This document shows positions 1-7,900 of a stretch of DNA of 64,000 nucleotides, one piece after another. Source of the DNA: a virus (lineage: Duplodnaviria; Caudoviricetes). How positions within the stretch are numbered: the first letter of the stretch is position 1; each line of letters opens with the position of its first letter. The stretch lies in IMG/VR virus record IMGVR_UViG_3300021399_000009, positions 1 through 64,000 of that record; one strand, given 5' to 3'. A program made the position numbers and the translations under genes. Under the pieces are notes generated by a model. That model was not told the origin of the DNA, ran no database searches, and saw nothing but the letters and a program-made list of their open reading frames with translations.

Positions 1-1
1 A

Positions 2-118
2 ACTGAGGGAGCTACTATTTCGGAAGATTATAACGATGCTTGCACCAATGGAACAATGCGTAGTGCAAATGTACTTACAAGGAATGACGAGTTCTACAAG
101 TATGTAATAGGAGAATAA
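2..118 (+). CDS. 3' end of a hypothetical protein (partial)
   Basis: Frame 2 is open from the window edge to TAA at 116-118. Confidence 0.5.
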   Translation, partial: TEGATISEDYNDACTNGTMRSANVLTRNDEFYKYVIGE

Positions 119-121
119 TAT

Positions 122-172
122 AACATTCTGTTTAGCGGACAGACTGTACATCTGTCCGTCTTACAGAGTGTT
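122..172 (+). other. Long interrupted hairpin in intergenic leader (processing site or weak terminator)
   Basis: aacattctgt/acagagtgtt outer stem and cggacaga/tctgtccg inner stem; no U-tract. Confidence 0.55.
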
Positions 173-185
173 GTGTTTAGGAAAA

Positions 186-203
186 TTAAAAAGTGTATTT
201 TAA
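186..203. repeat. 6-6-6 palindromic junction motif TTAAAA-AGTGTA-TTTTAA
   Basis: Perfect 6-bp inverted arms just upstream of the RBS; related copies at 411, 3073, 20621, 20883. Confidence 0.5.
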
Positions 204-216
204 GGGAGGGAAAGTT

Positions 217-414
217 ATGAATAAAAAAGAAGTTATCGCATTTTTTGACTGTGACGAATGGAAATCTACAGACAGTATGCGGCTTATAGCCATAGCAGAA
301 GTTGATAATGCACCTGACATATGGTCAAAAATCAAGAGCGAACATGATTATACAGATGAGGATATGGAAACTTACATCTACACTGAAACATTTACTTTAA
401 ATGAGTATGAATAA
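217..414 (+). CDS. Hypothetical phage protein
   Basis: ORF with GGAGG RBS before ATG 217. Confidence 0.7.
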   Translation: MNKKEVIAFFDCDEWKSTDSMRLIAIAEVDNAPDIWSKIKSEHDYTDEDMETYIYTETFTLNEYE

Positions 415-444
415 AAGAGTGATTCTATCAAGGAGGGAAATGTT

Positions 445-666
445 ATGCTGACATTCACTGCAATTAATGAGGACGGCAAGTATATATCATACGAATATAA
501 AACCATTGAAGAATTAAGAAAGGAATACTGGTCAGATAATATTGATATAAATGTACCATCAAACGATTCTACAATAACAGAATGTGACTTTAGAGGTACG
601 CCGCTTTACTTCAATACATTTGCTGATTTAATATCAGTTTTTGGCATCGATAATAAGGAGGATTAA
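445..666 (+). CDS. Hypothetical phage protein
   Basis: ORF with AGGAGG RBS. Confidence 0.75.
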   Translation: MLTFTAINEDGKYISYEYKTIEELRKEYWSDNIDINVPSNDSTITECDFRGTPLYFNTFADLISVFGIDNKED

Positions 667-668
667 TT

Positions 669-1043
669 ATGACAGTTAGGGAATTTTTCGCAAATCTAAA
701 TCGTATAGTTGCCAATTATAACGTAGCTATGAGGGACGTATCAAGCAGTACAGAACATCGTAATAGTGTTAATACGCTTATGGAAAATGAAGATTTATAC
801 AACGATTGGAAAAACGCAACGATATTGTCATGGTACGTTGTAGACAATGAGTTTGTATTGACTGTGCAGAAAGAAACGAAAATAGATAAATGTTGTGAAG
901 TCTTTAGATATTTATTAAACAAAAAGCGTAAAGCTGAGAGTATGCCACATAGTGATGCAATACAGGAGCGAATAGAAACATTGCGTGAAGTAATACGATA
1001 TATTGAATTTCTCTTAAAGGAGGAAGATGAGGAGGATGAATAA
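669..1043 (+). CDS. Hypothetical phage protein
   Basis: ORF with AGGAGG RBS, coupled to neighbours. Confidence 0.75.
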   Translation: MTVREFFANLNRIVANYNVAMRDVSSSTEHRNSVNTLMENEDLYNDWKNATILSWYVVDNEFVLTVQKETKIDKCCEVFRYLLNKKRKAESMPHSDAIQERIETLREVIRYIEFLLKEEDEEDE

Positions 1044-1330
1044 TGTTAGAGCCTATGAATAAATCAATGATAGTACAGAAGAACTTATTGAATAAGAAAA
1101 CTCCTGCAAGGATTAATTATCCACAAGTTGTCCGTGATGACGGAGCAGTATTTGAAGTATGCGGAAGTGATTATTACGGTTGGGAAATTCTTGTGATTTA
1201 TGAATGGGGTTCGGACAATGTGTTCTTGACTGATGGAGAACGCAAAGGGATGCCACCACCAAAGTTTAAGACCAAAATACAGGCAGTTAAATACATGATA
1301 GAAAACGCAGATAGATTTACATTTATGTAA
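1043..1330 (+). CDS. Hypothetical phage protein
   Basis: TAATG stop/start overlap, RBS. Confidence 0.75.
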   Translation: MLEPMNKSMIVQKNLLNKKTPARINYPQVVRDDGAVFEVCGSDYYGWEILVIYEWGSDNVFLTDGERKGMPPPKFKTKIQAVKYMIENADRFTFM

Positions 1331-1350
1331 TTATGGGAGGGAGGGTATAT

Positions 1351-1536
1351 ATGAAAGAAGATGACCTTTATTTTAAGAACGGAAAAATGAAGAAAAAATA
1401 TATGATGTGTGAGAGCAAGGAATATCTCACGGAAATAAAAAATGTTAACGGATATAAAAGTACAGACGAGATTAATAAATCTTGGGTATGTGCTGGAAAT
1501 CGTTGCCCTTATTATGGTAAGGGCTGTAAGAAGTAA
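1351..1536 (+). CDS. Small hypothetical protein
   Basis: GGGAGG RBS before ATG 1351. Confidence 0.6.
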   Translation: MKEDDLYFKNGKMKKKYMMCESKEYLTEIKNVNGYKSTDEINKSWVCAGNRCPYYGKGCKK

Positions 1537-1550
1537 GGAGGAATTTTAAA

Positions 1551-1946
1551 ATGACACTATATGATTTTATTCGCATGGAAGATACGGATTTTGATACATA
1601 CGATACAGTATTTGATGCCGAGGTTACGGTATGTGTACCTTACGATGATTCGGAAATTACTGAATGGTATGATAAGTTTTATAACTTCATTATCAAACAC
1701 GTTGAGTTTAAGGAAAAGATTTCAGAATGTGAGTGTACTGCTGAATGGACAAGCTTCATTACTGACAATCTGGAAGTATTCAGAGAGGCAGCTAATGATA
1801 TGTGGTATGATGACCGTGTTCCTGATGATAACGATAGCCTTATCTATGAATGGATTAAGGAAATTAATAGCTGGCTTGCTGGATATGTAAGTGAATCAGA
1901 ATATCAGAAGTTTATGGAAAAGTATGCACCGAGAATGGAGGATTAA
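1551..1946 (+). CDS. Hypothetical acidic phage protein
   Basis: ORF with AGGAGG RBS. Confidence 0.75.
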   Translation: MTLYDFIRMEDTDFDTYDTVFDAEVTVCVPYDDSEITEWYDKFYNFIIKHVEFKEKISECECTAEWTSFITDNLEVFREAANDMWYDDRVPDDNDSLIYEWIKEINSWLAGYVSESEYQKFMEKYAPRMED

Positions 1947-1950
1947 TATA

Positions 1951-2172
1951 ATGGCAAGATTACATGACCTTATGGGAGAAAAGTTTGGAAAGTTGAGAGT
2001 GGTAGGTAGAGCAGAGAACGCTTCTGATGGTCACGCTCAATGGATATGCGAGTGCAGATGCGGAAATATGGTAACAGTTACAAGTCAATCACTTGTTTGT
2101 GGAAAGACCAATAGTTGTGGTTGTTTGCGAAAGAAGTTAGTAAGAATGAAATGGAGAGCATCGGTATGTTAA
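1951..2172 (+). CDS. Stand-alone N-terminal Cys-rich domain of phage HNH/AP2-type homing endonucleases (no nuclease domain)
   Basis: DLxGxKFGKLxV...WxCxCxCG...L..G.T.SCGC pattern; ORF ends before any HNH motif. Confidence 0.65.
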   Translation: MARLHDLMGEKFGKLRVVGRAENASDGHAQWICECRCGNMVTVTSQSLVCGKTNSCGCLRKKLVRMKWRASVC

Positions 2173-2690
2173 AAAAGAATATAAAGATTATTAAAGGAAC
2201 ATTAAGACCAGAAAAGGAAAAACTTGCAAAGGTTATTCCTTATGGTGGGTTCTATTATGCCTGTGACGATTTCAGAATGGTGCGTTTTGAAGAACTCCCC
2301 GATGAACTCCCATTGTTTGAGGACAATGAGCCACGTTTCAATGTGGAATTTGGTGTACTTAGAGCTGCGGAACAAACATACAGAGAGTTTGTAGTGCCAT
2401 ATCCAATTGAAGTGCTAAAGAAATGGAGAACTTGGTTAAGAAAAAATAAAAAGAGAGAACCCTATATATTAGGAATGAGTGGAAAAACTTCTCGTGATTC
2501 TGAGCATTGGTTTGGAATTAATATTAGTTATCTTATTGATGCCATTGAAACAACAGGTTCTTATGTGATAAAAGTACCTGAGAGATATACGGCTATGGTA
2601 ATGGAAGGTAACGGATTCACTTGGTTTATTATGCCAGTCGATGTTAAAGACGGAAAAGATAAAGTGGAAACTGTTATTGACATTCAGTAA
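2166..2690 (+). CDS. Hypothetical phage protein
   Basis: Long ORF; start chosen from the GGAG at 2153. Confidence 0.7.
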   Translation: MLKKNIKIIKGTLRPEKEKLAKVIPYGGFYYACDDFRMVRFEELPDELPLFEDNEPRFNVEFGVLRAAEQTYREFVVPYPIEVLKKWRTWLRKNKKREPYILGMSGKTSRDSEHWFGINISYLIDAIETTGSYVIKVPERYTAMVMEGNGFTWFIMPVDVKDGKDKVETVIDIQ

Positions 2691-2705
2691 ATAAAGCTGT
2701 ATAAT
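2677..2705 (+). promoter_or_regulatory. Consensus sigma-A promoter
   Basis: TTGACA-17 bp-TATAAT. Confidence 0.8.
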
Positions 2706-2742
2706 ATCAATAATAAATGTTTACTATCAAGGAGGATTAATT

Positions 2743-3045
2743 ATGAAACTTATTGAAAAGTTAAATGCAGACTATGCAAGTGGTAAATTCAATGATGGTA
2801 TGACTTTGAAAGTCACTTACAGCAACAGTGGCAATACATACAGCTATTTTACAAGTGACGGAAATTTTTATGAATCATTCAGACAAGCAACAAATGCAAT
2901 GAAAATTTTCAGTGACTTCATAAAAGCAAATAACATTGAAGTGACGGAAATTTGCGACAAAGAGCCTATGTGGAATGATAATTGGAGGTCAGAACATCCA
3001 TTAAATCCTACGGAAAAAGCATCATCTTTTAAATCAAAATGGTAA
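2743..3045 (+). CDS. Hypothetical phage protein
   Basis: ORF with AGGAGG RBS. Confidence 0.75.
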   Translation: MKLIEKLNADYASGKFNDGMTLKVTYSNSGNTYSYFTSDGNFYESFRQATNAMKIFSDFIKANNIEVTEICDKEPMWNDNWRSEHPLNPTEKASSFKSKW

Positions 3046-3103
3046 TACGGGAAATCTGCATAGAGTATAAAAATGAAAAGTGTATTTCAATAGGAGGAAA
3101 GTT

Positions 3104-3337
3104 ATGAAAAAATTAATGAGAGTTAGAACAAATGCATACGATATGTTAGTAACCTATGACAATGAAGAAAAGATTGCAAGAATTTTACCAGATTCTTGTA
3201 AGATTGATATAAGATATATTGGTCTTAAATATGTTGAGGACGATAGTAGCTGGGATGTATTTGAAGATGTAGAAAATATTAATGATATAATCGGTAATGA
3301 ATCTGAAATAGTTGAAGAAATAGAAGTTGATTTTTAA
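3104..3337 (+). CDS. Hypothetical phage protein
   Basis: AGGAGG RBS before ATG 3104. Confidence 0.7.
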   Translation: MKKLMRVRTNAYDMLVTYDNEEKIARILPDSCKIDIRYIGLKYVEDDSSWDVFEDVENINDIIGNESEIVEEIEVDF

Positions 3338-3378
3338 GAGAGTCCCGAAAAAGAGAACGATGTGAAGGAGAAAATAAT

Positions 3379-3573
3379 ATGAGCATAACACTTACAACAG
3401 CTTGCGAGAAAAAAGTTATAATCAATATGTCAGACATTATTATTCCGGCTGGAACTGCCGGAGATGTCATTGATATTATTATTGAGGACGGAGAAGTACA
3501 GTTCTTATTAGAATTTGTAGACTTAGATACTATTGAGTGGTACTCGGTAGATGAGGTTGAGGAAAAATTCTAA
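3379..3573 (+). CDS. Small hypothetical protein
   Basis: AAGGAG RBS. Confidence 0.65.
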   Translation: MSITLTTACEKKVIINMSDIIIPAGTAGDVIDIIIEDGEVQFLLEFVDLDTIEWYSVDEVEEKF

Positions 3574-3613
3574 GGCGTAAATATATTAAGATAAAAATGG
3601 AGTTGATAAAGAT

Positions 3614-3781
3614 ATGTATAACATTATAATCACAAAAGGAAATGACGAAAGAATAATTGATTCATGCACAGATTTATCCAAAGCAAAAGAAGCTAAGAAG
3701 CGTTATGAATCAATGTCAAAATATCGAGATGGGCTTATAACTATTGAGGGAAAAACAAGTAAGGGAACTAAAATCTATTAA
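3614..3781 (+). CDS. Small hypothetical protein (55 aa, not in ORF track)
   Basis: MYNIIITKGNDERIIDSC...GTKIY; GGAG upstream; fills the gap before a terminator. Confidence 0.55.
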   Translation: MYNIIITKGNDERIIDSCTDLSKAKEAKKRYESMSKYRDGLITIEGKTSKGTKIY

Positions 3782-3782
3782 A

Positions 3783-3808
3783 AAATGCACCCACTGTCGG
3801 GTGCATTT
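3783..3808. terminator. Likely bidirectional intrinsic terminator
   Basis: aaatgcaccc-6 nt-gggtgcattt between convergent genes. Confidence 0.75.
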
Positions 3809-4064
3809 ATATTTCTATTGGAGTTTTGCTTTCATCCTTGTTACTGAGATTTTCATTTTCTTCTGTGTAATAAGTAAATAAATCGGAAATTTGGCAATCA
3901 AATACCTCACATAACTTACTAATATACTCTACTCGCAACGTTTTTGCAGTACCATTTTCGTATTCAGACAAGGTGGGGAGTCTTATTCCGGTAAGTTTAC
4001 TTAATTGCTTTTGAGTCATATTACCGTGAACTAATCTTTGTAATCTTATATTAGATTTAAGCAT
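3807..4064 (-). CDS. XRE/Cro-family helix-turn-helix regulator
   Basis: MTQKQLSKLTGIRLPTLSEYENG...ISKLCEVFDCQISDLF; AAGGGAGG RBS before ATG 4064. Confidence 0.9.
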   Translation of the reverse strand: MLKSNIRLQRLVHGNMTQKQLSKLTGIRLPTLSEYENGTAKTLRVEYISKLCEVFDCQISDLFTYYTEENENLSNKDESKTPIEI

Positions 4065-4111
4065 AAACCATTCCTCCCTTGTTTTATTGTGAAAATTGCA
4101 CAACATTCAAC

Positions 4112-4174
4112 ACGAATTTTGTACTTAAAAATTACGAATTTCGTGTTGACATATTACGAATTTCGTGTTATAAT
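4112..4174 (+). promoter_or_regulatory. Rightward sigma-A promoter overlapped by three ACGAA-T-TT(C/T)GT palindromic operators
   Basis: Sites at 4112, 4134, 4156 (22-bp period); TTGACA 4146-4151, TATAAT 4169-4174. Confidence 0.85.
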
Positions 4175-4207
4175 AAACACAAACCAGCAGATATATTCTT
4201 TATTAGT

Positions 4208-4236
4208 ATTATATCATAAATGTTGGAAATTGTCAA
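4208..4236 (-). promoter_or_regulatory. Leftward sigma-A promoter for the XRE gene
   Basis: Reverse strand TTGACA (4236-4231)-17 bp-TATAAT (4213-4208), with extended -10 TG. Confidence 0.8.
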
Positions 4237-4261
4237 GAATGAAATCAGTGAGGTGAATAAA

Positions 4262-5236
4262 ATGTTACCTAATCACAAAGAAGATAATAATTGTAATATG
4301 TATGACATTTCAAACAGACAATCAGTGAGTTATGGTGATATTGATTATGATAGTTTAGTTCCAAAATCGGAATCGGTTAGTGAACTTGAACTTGAATATC
4401 AACAGCAGCACAAAGAAACTCAGGGAATGGACGTATTACCGCTTGACTTATATAATGCTATGCTTCATCATTGCTTATTCAGAAAAGATTACAGGTCAGC
4501 ATTTTGGCTTGCTTGTATGGCTAATACAGGGTTAAGATACAGTGATGCTGTAAAATTTAGGAGAGCGGATTTCATTGACGAGAATGGCAAAATCAGAGAT
4601 AAGATTCTTGTGCAAGAAAAGAAAACGGACAAGCAGAGAGTTATCTTTGTAAACAAAGCTATAAAAGAAACCTTGCTTATGCTTTTATGGAACAGCGATA
4701 TAGCTCCTATGGATTTCTTAATCACTTCCAATGCTAATCGCAAGGGATATGAATATGAAACTTATATTGACAAGAACGGTAAAAAGAAAGCGGTTCGCAA
4801 GAATGGCAAATATGTTTACAAACTTGACGAAAATGGAAATAAAATTCCTAAACCTCTTTCTCGTAAACAGTCAGAAAACATTATGAAAAAGATTATCATT
4901 GAAAGCCTTGGAATTAATTTAAAAAATGATTATCGTTGTAAGAATGAACCTGATGCAGTTAATAAAATCTGTACACACTCTATCCGTAAACTTTACGGTA
5001 AAGCTATTACAGATAACTTTATTGCTCAATTTGACAGCAACTCTATGTATGCTCATACGGCTGCTATGAGTTTTTTATGCCAAGACTACGGACATAGTTC
5101 AGAAGCAATGACTACAAGATACTCAAAGGATTTTGATAACATTAAAGAAAATATTGTTATGAATATGAACTTGGGATTTGAGGTCATTCATCCGTTCTTT
5201 GAGGAAGAACTAATTAATTATTTGAGTAAAAAATAA
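4262..5236 (+). CDS. Tyrosine recombinase/integrase with intact catalytic residues
   Basis: TGLRYSD (R), EKKT (K), HSIRK (HxxR), YGHSS (H), TTRY (Y); GAGGTG RBS before ATG 4262. Confidence 0.9.
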   Translation: MLPNHKEDNNCNMYDISNRQSVSYGDIDYDSLVPKSESVSELELEYQQQHKETQGMDVLPLDLYNAMLHHCLFRKDYRSAFWLACMANTGLRYSDAVKFRRADFIDENGKIRDKILVQEKKTDKQRVIFVNKAIKETLLMLLWNSDIAPMDFLITSNANRKGYEYETYIDKNGKKKAVRKNGKYVYKLDENGNKIPKPLSRKQSENIMKKIIIESLGINLKNDYRCKNEPDAVNKICTHSIRKLYGKAITDNFIAQFDSNSMYAHTAAMSFLCQDYGHSSEAMTTRYSKDFDNIKENIVMNMNLGFEVIHPFFEEELINYLSKK

Positions 5237-5289
5237 AAGGTAGGACAAAAGTAAATGATAAACAAAAATAAATCTTCATAGATTACCTA

Positions 5290-5318
5290 TTGACAAACGA
5301 GAACAGATGTTCTATAAT
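5290..5318 (+). promoter_or_regulatory. Sigma-A promoter containing a Gram-positive LexA (SOS) box
   Basis: TTGACA 5290-5295, GAAC-AGAT-GTTC 5301-5312, TATAAT 5313-5318. Confidence 0.85.
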
Positions 5319-5362
5319 ATAGACATCCACTCAGTTAATATAAATCAAAGGAGAGAGTTGAA

Positions 5363-5689
5363 ATGAATATTTTTAGCTTACTTGGGACTATCCTTGATGG
5401 TCTTGTAAATGATACTGTAGTAAAGACAAGAAATGACGGTGATACTGTTAGCATAGAAGCTGAAAACATAAACACTTACATACCCAAAGCAGTTGATAAT
5501 GACAAGGTGATTTTAAATTTTAGATACAATAGTAAATACAATAATAGGGGAGAATTGTTTTCTATCGTGATAATTACCCCTAACAATGTCGTAACAACAT
5601 ACGAAGTAGGAGAAAAGATTCTTTCAGAAATTTCTTCAATCGGTCTTGATGAAATATATTTTCAAATGTGCGAAGAAATAATGTTATAA
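5363..5689 (+). CDS. Hypothetical protein, probably SOS-inducible
   Basis: ORF with AAGGAG RBS downstream of the LexA-box promoter. Confidence 0.75.
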   Translation: MNIFSLLGTILDGLVNDTVVKTRNDGDTVSIEAENINTYIPKAVDNDKVILNFRYNSKYNNRGELFSIVIITPNNVVTTYEVGEKILSEISSIGLDEIYFQMCEEIML

Positions 5690-5693
5690 TATC

Positions 5694-5722
5694 TTGACAT
5701 TATGTAAGTTCTATGCTATAAT
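5694..5722 (+). promoter_or_regulatory. Sigma-A promoter
   Basis: TTGACA-17 bp-TATAAT with extended -10 TG. Confidence 0.8.
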
Positions 5723-5745
5723 ATTTGTACGAAAGGAGTGGTCAT

Positions 5746-6783
5746 ATGGTATATCGCTTAGATGATTATAAGAACGCATATCCAAACAGACCTTTAGCTG
5801 TTTTAAACAAATTTCAAAATTGTAACAAGAACTTACACGAAATGTCCTTAGATGAACTTAACGATTTTGTAAAGGACTGGAAGCCCAACGATAATCAAAG
5901 GACAGTAGATTCTTGGAAAAGAGACATCATTAATTATTTCAAGTGGTTACAGACACAAGGATGTAAAACAGATACGGCAATAATTAGAAAGATTAATTTC
6001 CCTGTACTTGAAAAGAAATATTTAATATATTCTACATTGGATATTAGATATTACTATGAGATGCTATTTCAGAAATTAGAGCAGCAAGCTGCATTGACTG
6101 GTAAAAATTCTTCTCCAAGCACATACTACATGAGCTATGCTTCGAGCATATTGATGTTTTATGGTTTGTCTGAGGAAGAAATTATAGCTCTTGATTTAAG
6201 CGATGTACAGCCAAATGGTATTATAGGATATGAAAACTTAAATATATCAAAAGAAGATATGAAGGTTCTCATGGACTATAAAAATCTGAAAGTGTTATCA
6301 AATAATATGTCATTGGTAGGAACTAAATATATTCGTGCTACCGCAAAAAACAAGGACAACATAGATGCAGCTTACTTGTTCAGACCAGTTTCACGTTTGG
6401 ATTCTTCGTTTGGTGAAATAAAAACCTTGCTTAGACCATTAAATATTCAATTGCTTGGTAAATTTAATCTTGTATTTCAATACGAGTGCAAAAATAATGA
6501 GTTAATTGAAATAAATAAAGTAACTCCACAGTGGTTCATGGATATAATGGGAACAACAGCGGAACAAACGGTCATCTGGCATAAAAAAGAATATGTAAAA
6601 TATCGTCAAGAACGTATTAATAATGAAAAGTCAAAGCCGGAAAGCAAACAGACCGATGCCGATGAAGCTCAAATAAACAGATTAACCGCAGCATTAAACG
6701 AAACACTAACACAGATAAATAGCTTGACAAATACTGTTACAGACATTCAGAGCCAAATCGAATTAATTAAAAATAAAAAATAA
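5746..6783 (+). CDS. Degenerate tyrosine-recombinase-fold protein; candidate MrpR/YopR-like master repressor
   Basis: ILMFYGLSEEEIIALDLSDV matches recombinase box I but the catalytic Arg is Ser; no HxxR; SAM-like N-terminus (IINYFKWL); coiled-coil C-terminus. Confidence 0.6.
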   Translation: MVYRLDDYKNAYPNRPLAVLNKFQNCNKNLHEMSLDELNDFVKDWKPNDNQRTVDSWKRDIINYFKWLQTQGCKTDTAIIRKINFPVLEKKYLIYSTLDIRYYYEMLFQKLEQQAALTGKNSSPSTYYMSYASSILMFYGLSEEEIIALDLSDVQPNGIIGYENLNISKEDMKVLMDYKNLKVLSNNMSLVGTKYIRATAKNKDNIDAAYLFRPVSRLDSSFGEIKTLLRPLNIQLLGKFNLVFQYECKNNELIEINKVTPQWFMDIMGTTAEQTVIWHKKEYVKYRQERINNEKSKPESKQTDADEAQINRLTAALNETLTQINSLTNTVTDIQSQIELIKNKK

Positions 6784-6794
6784 GTGAAATATAC

Positions 6795-6923
6795 TTGACA
6801 AAGTACAAATCGTGTGGTATAATATAAACATAGAGAGAACAGAAAGCTCTGTTTTCTCTATGTTGCTCCGGTTACAAAGTACAAATCGTATTTATTTATA
6901 TTCCTGTAAAGTATAAATAATAT
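6795..6923 (+). promoter_or_regulatory. Strong sigma-A promoter with three AAAGTA(H)AAAT(M)(R)T(R)T operator copies and a 5' hairpin
   Basis: TTGACA 6795, TATAAT 6818; motif at 6800, 6876, 6908; hairpin 6827-6864. Confidence 0.85.
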
Positions 6924-6927
6924 AGAT

Positions 6928-6957
6928 TAGGGTATAGCAAAGAGGTAAGACAACAGA
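6928..6957 (+). pseudogene. Possible decayed 5' half of a tRNA-Gln
   Basis: TAGGGTATAGCAAAGAGGTAAGACAACAGA resembles the Bacillota tRNA-Gln 5' half (..TATAGCCAAGCGGTAAGGCAACGGA); no 3' half. Confidence 0.4.
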
Positions 6958-6964
6958 TGGTTAA

Positions 6965-7038
6965 TGCGAGTGGGTGTGATAGCAGCACAACCGCCTTTGA
7001 CACGGTTAGAAACGGGGCAGAACCGTTACTCGCAACCA
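6965..7038 (+). tRNA. tRNA-Gln (anticodon TTG), atypical D and T loops
   Basis: Acceptor TGCGAGT/ACTCGCA + ACCA; D stem GTGT/GCAC; loop CTTTGAC; T stem AACGG/CCGTT with loop GGCAGAA. Confidence 0.75.
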
Positions 7039-7057
7039 AATAATAATATTAAAGGAG

Positions 7058-7699
7058 ATGGGTGACATTAATCACATTAAAGAAAAATACGGAGTATATA
7101 CGATTATTGAGAAATTAAACGAAAGAGCAAAAGATGGACATTCGCTATACATAGGACAGTGTGAGTGCGGTGCGACAAAATGCAGTACATTATCTAATTT
7201 TAAATTTCAAGCTGCACAAAAGTGTACGCATTTTATACATTGTGGTAAAATTACTATTCCTTCTGATGCTTTTAAAAATAAGAGGATAGCACATATTTTT
7301 TATGGTATGTTGCGTAGATGCTATGACAAAGAGAGTAAAGACTTCAAATATTATGGAGAAAGAGGGATAATGGTTTGCCAAGAGTGGCTTGATAATCCAA
7401 CTCTTTTCGAGGAATGGGCTGATAACAATGGGTATAAAGAAAATTTAACGATTGATAGAATTTGTGAGAATGGCAATTACGAACCTGATAATTGTCGTTG
7501 GACAGTTTTACAAAATAATTCACGATTTAAGTCTAACACTAATTATATTACAGCAACAGTCACTTTAAGTGGTAAGCAATGGGCTTCTTTGATTCCCGAT
7601 GTTGGTATTAATTATATAAATAGACTTATGCGTAACAAAGGAGAAAAAGAAGTAGTAGATTTTATTGAGTACAAATTAAGGGACAAACGAATATCTTAG
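7058..7699 (+). CDS. HNH-family homing endonuclease
   Basis: GMLRRCY..YYGERGIMVCQEW..LTIDRI..NGNYEPDNCRW. Confidence 0.85.
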   Translation: MGDINHIKEKYGVYTIIEKLNERAKDGHSLYIGQCECGATKCSTLSNFKFQAAQKCTHFIHCGKITIPSDAFKNKRIAHIFYGMLRRCYDKESKDFKYYGERGIMVCQEWLDNPTLFEEWADNNGYKENLTIDRICENGNYEPDNCRWTVLQNNSRFKSNTNYITATVTLSGKQWASLIPDVGINYINRLMRNKGEKEVVDFIEYKLRDKRIS

Positions 7700-7727
7700 C
7701 TGACAGCGTGGAAAGACACGCACAAAT

Positions 7728-7803
7728 GGGAGTATAGTTCAGTTGGTAGAATATCTCTTTTTTAATGAGAAAGTCGCAGATTCGAGTTCTGCTGCTCTCA
7801 CCA
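7728..7803 (+). tRNA. tRNA-Lys (anticodon TTT)
   Basis: Cloverleaf GGGAGTA/TGCTCTC, D arm GTTC-AGTTGGTA-GAAT, loop TT-TTT-AA, T arm GCAGA-TTCGAGT-TCTGC, encoded CCA. Confidence 0.9.
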
Positions 7804-7879
7804 GAGCGTACTGAGTACGCAATAAGAACAAATGATTGTTCGAGAGGTTAGTGCGTAGCCTCGCTCAATACGCTCACCA
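7804..7879 (+). ncRNA. Putative 76-nt tRNA-like, CCA-terminated structured RNA
   Basis: 12-bp terminal stem GAGCGTACTGAG/CTCAATACGCTC + ACCA; hairpins GAACAA/TTGTTC and GAGGTTA/TAGCCTC. Confidence 0.6.
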
Positions 7880-7900
7880 TAAACTTCATTTAATTTGTAA

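Noticed and set aside
3807-6783. Arbitrium (aimR/aimP) system
   Set aside because: No HTH-TPR receptor or short signal-peptide ORF next to the switch region
7058-7699. Group I intron around the HNH gene
   Set aside because: The flanking tRNAs are complete and only about 20-30 nt separate them from the ORF, too little for a ribozyme core
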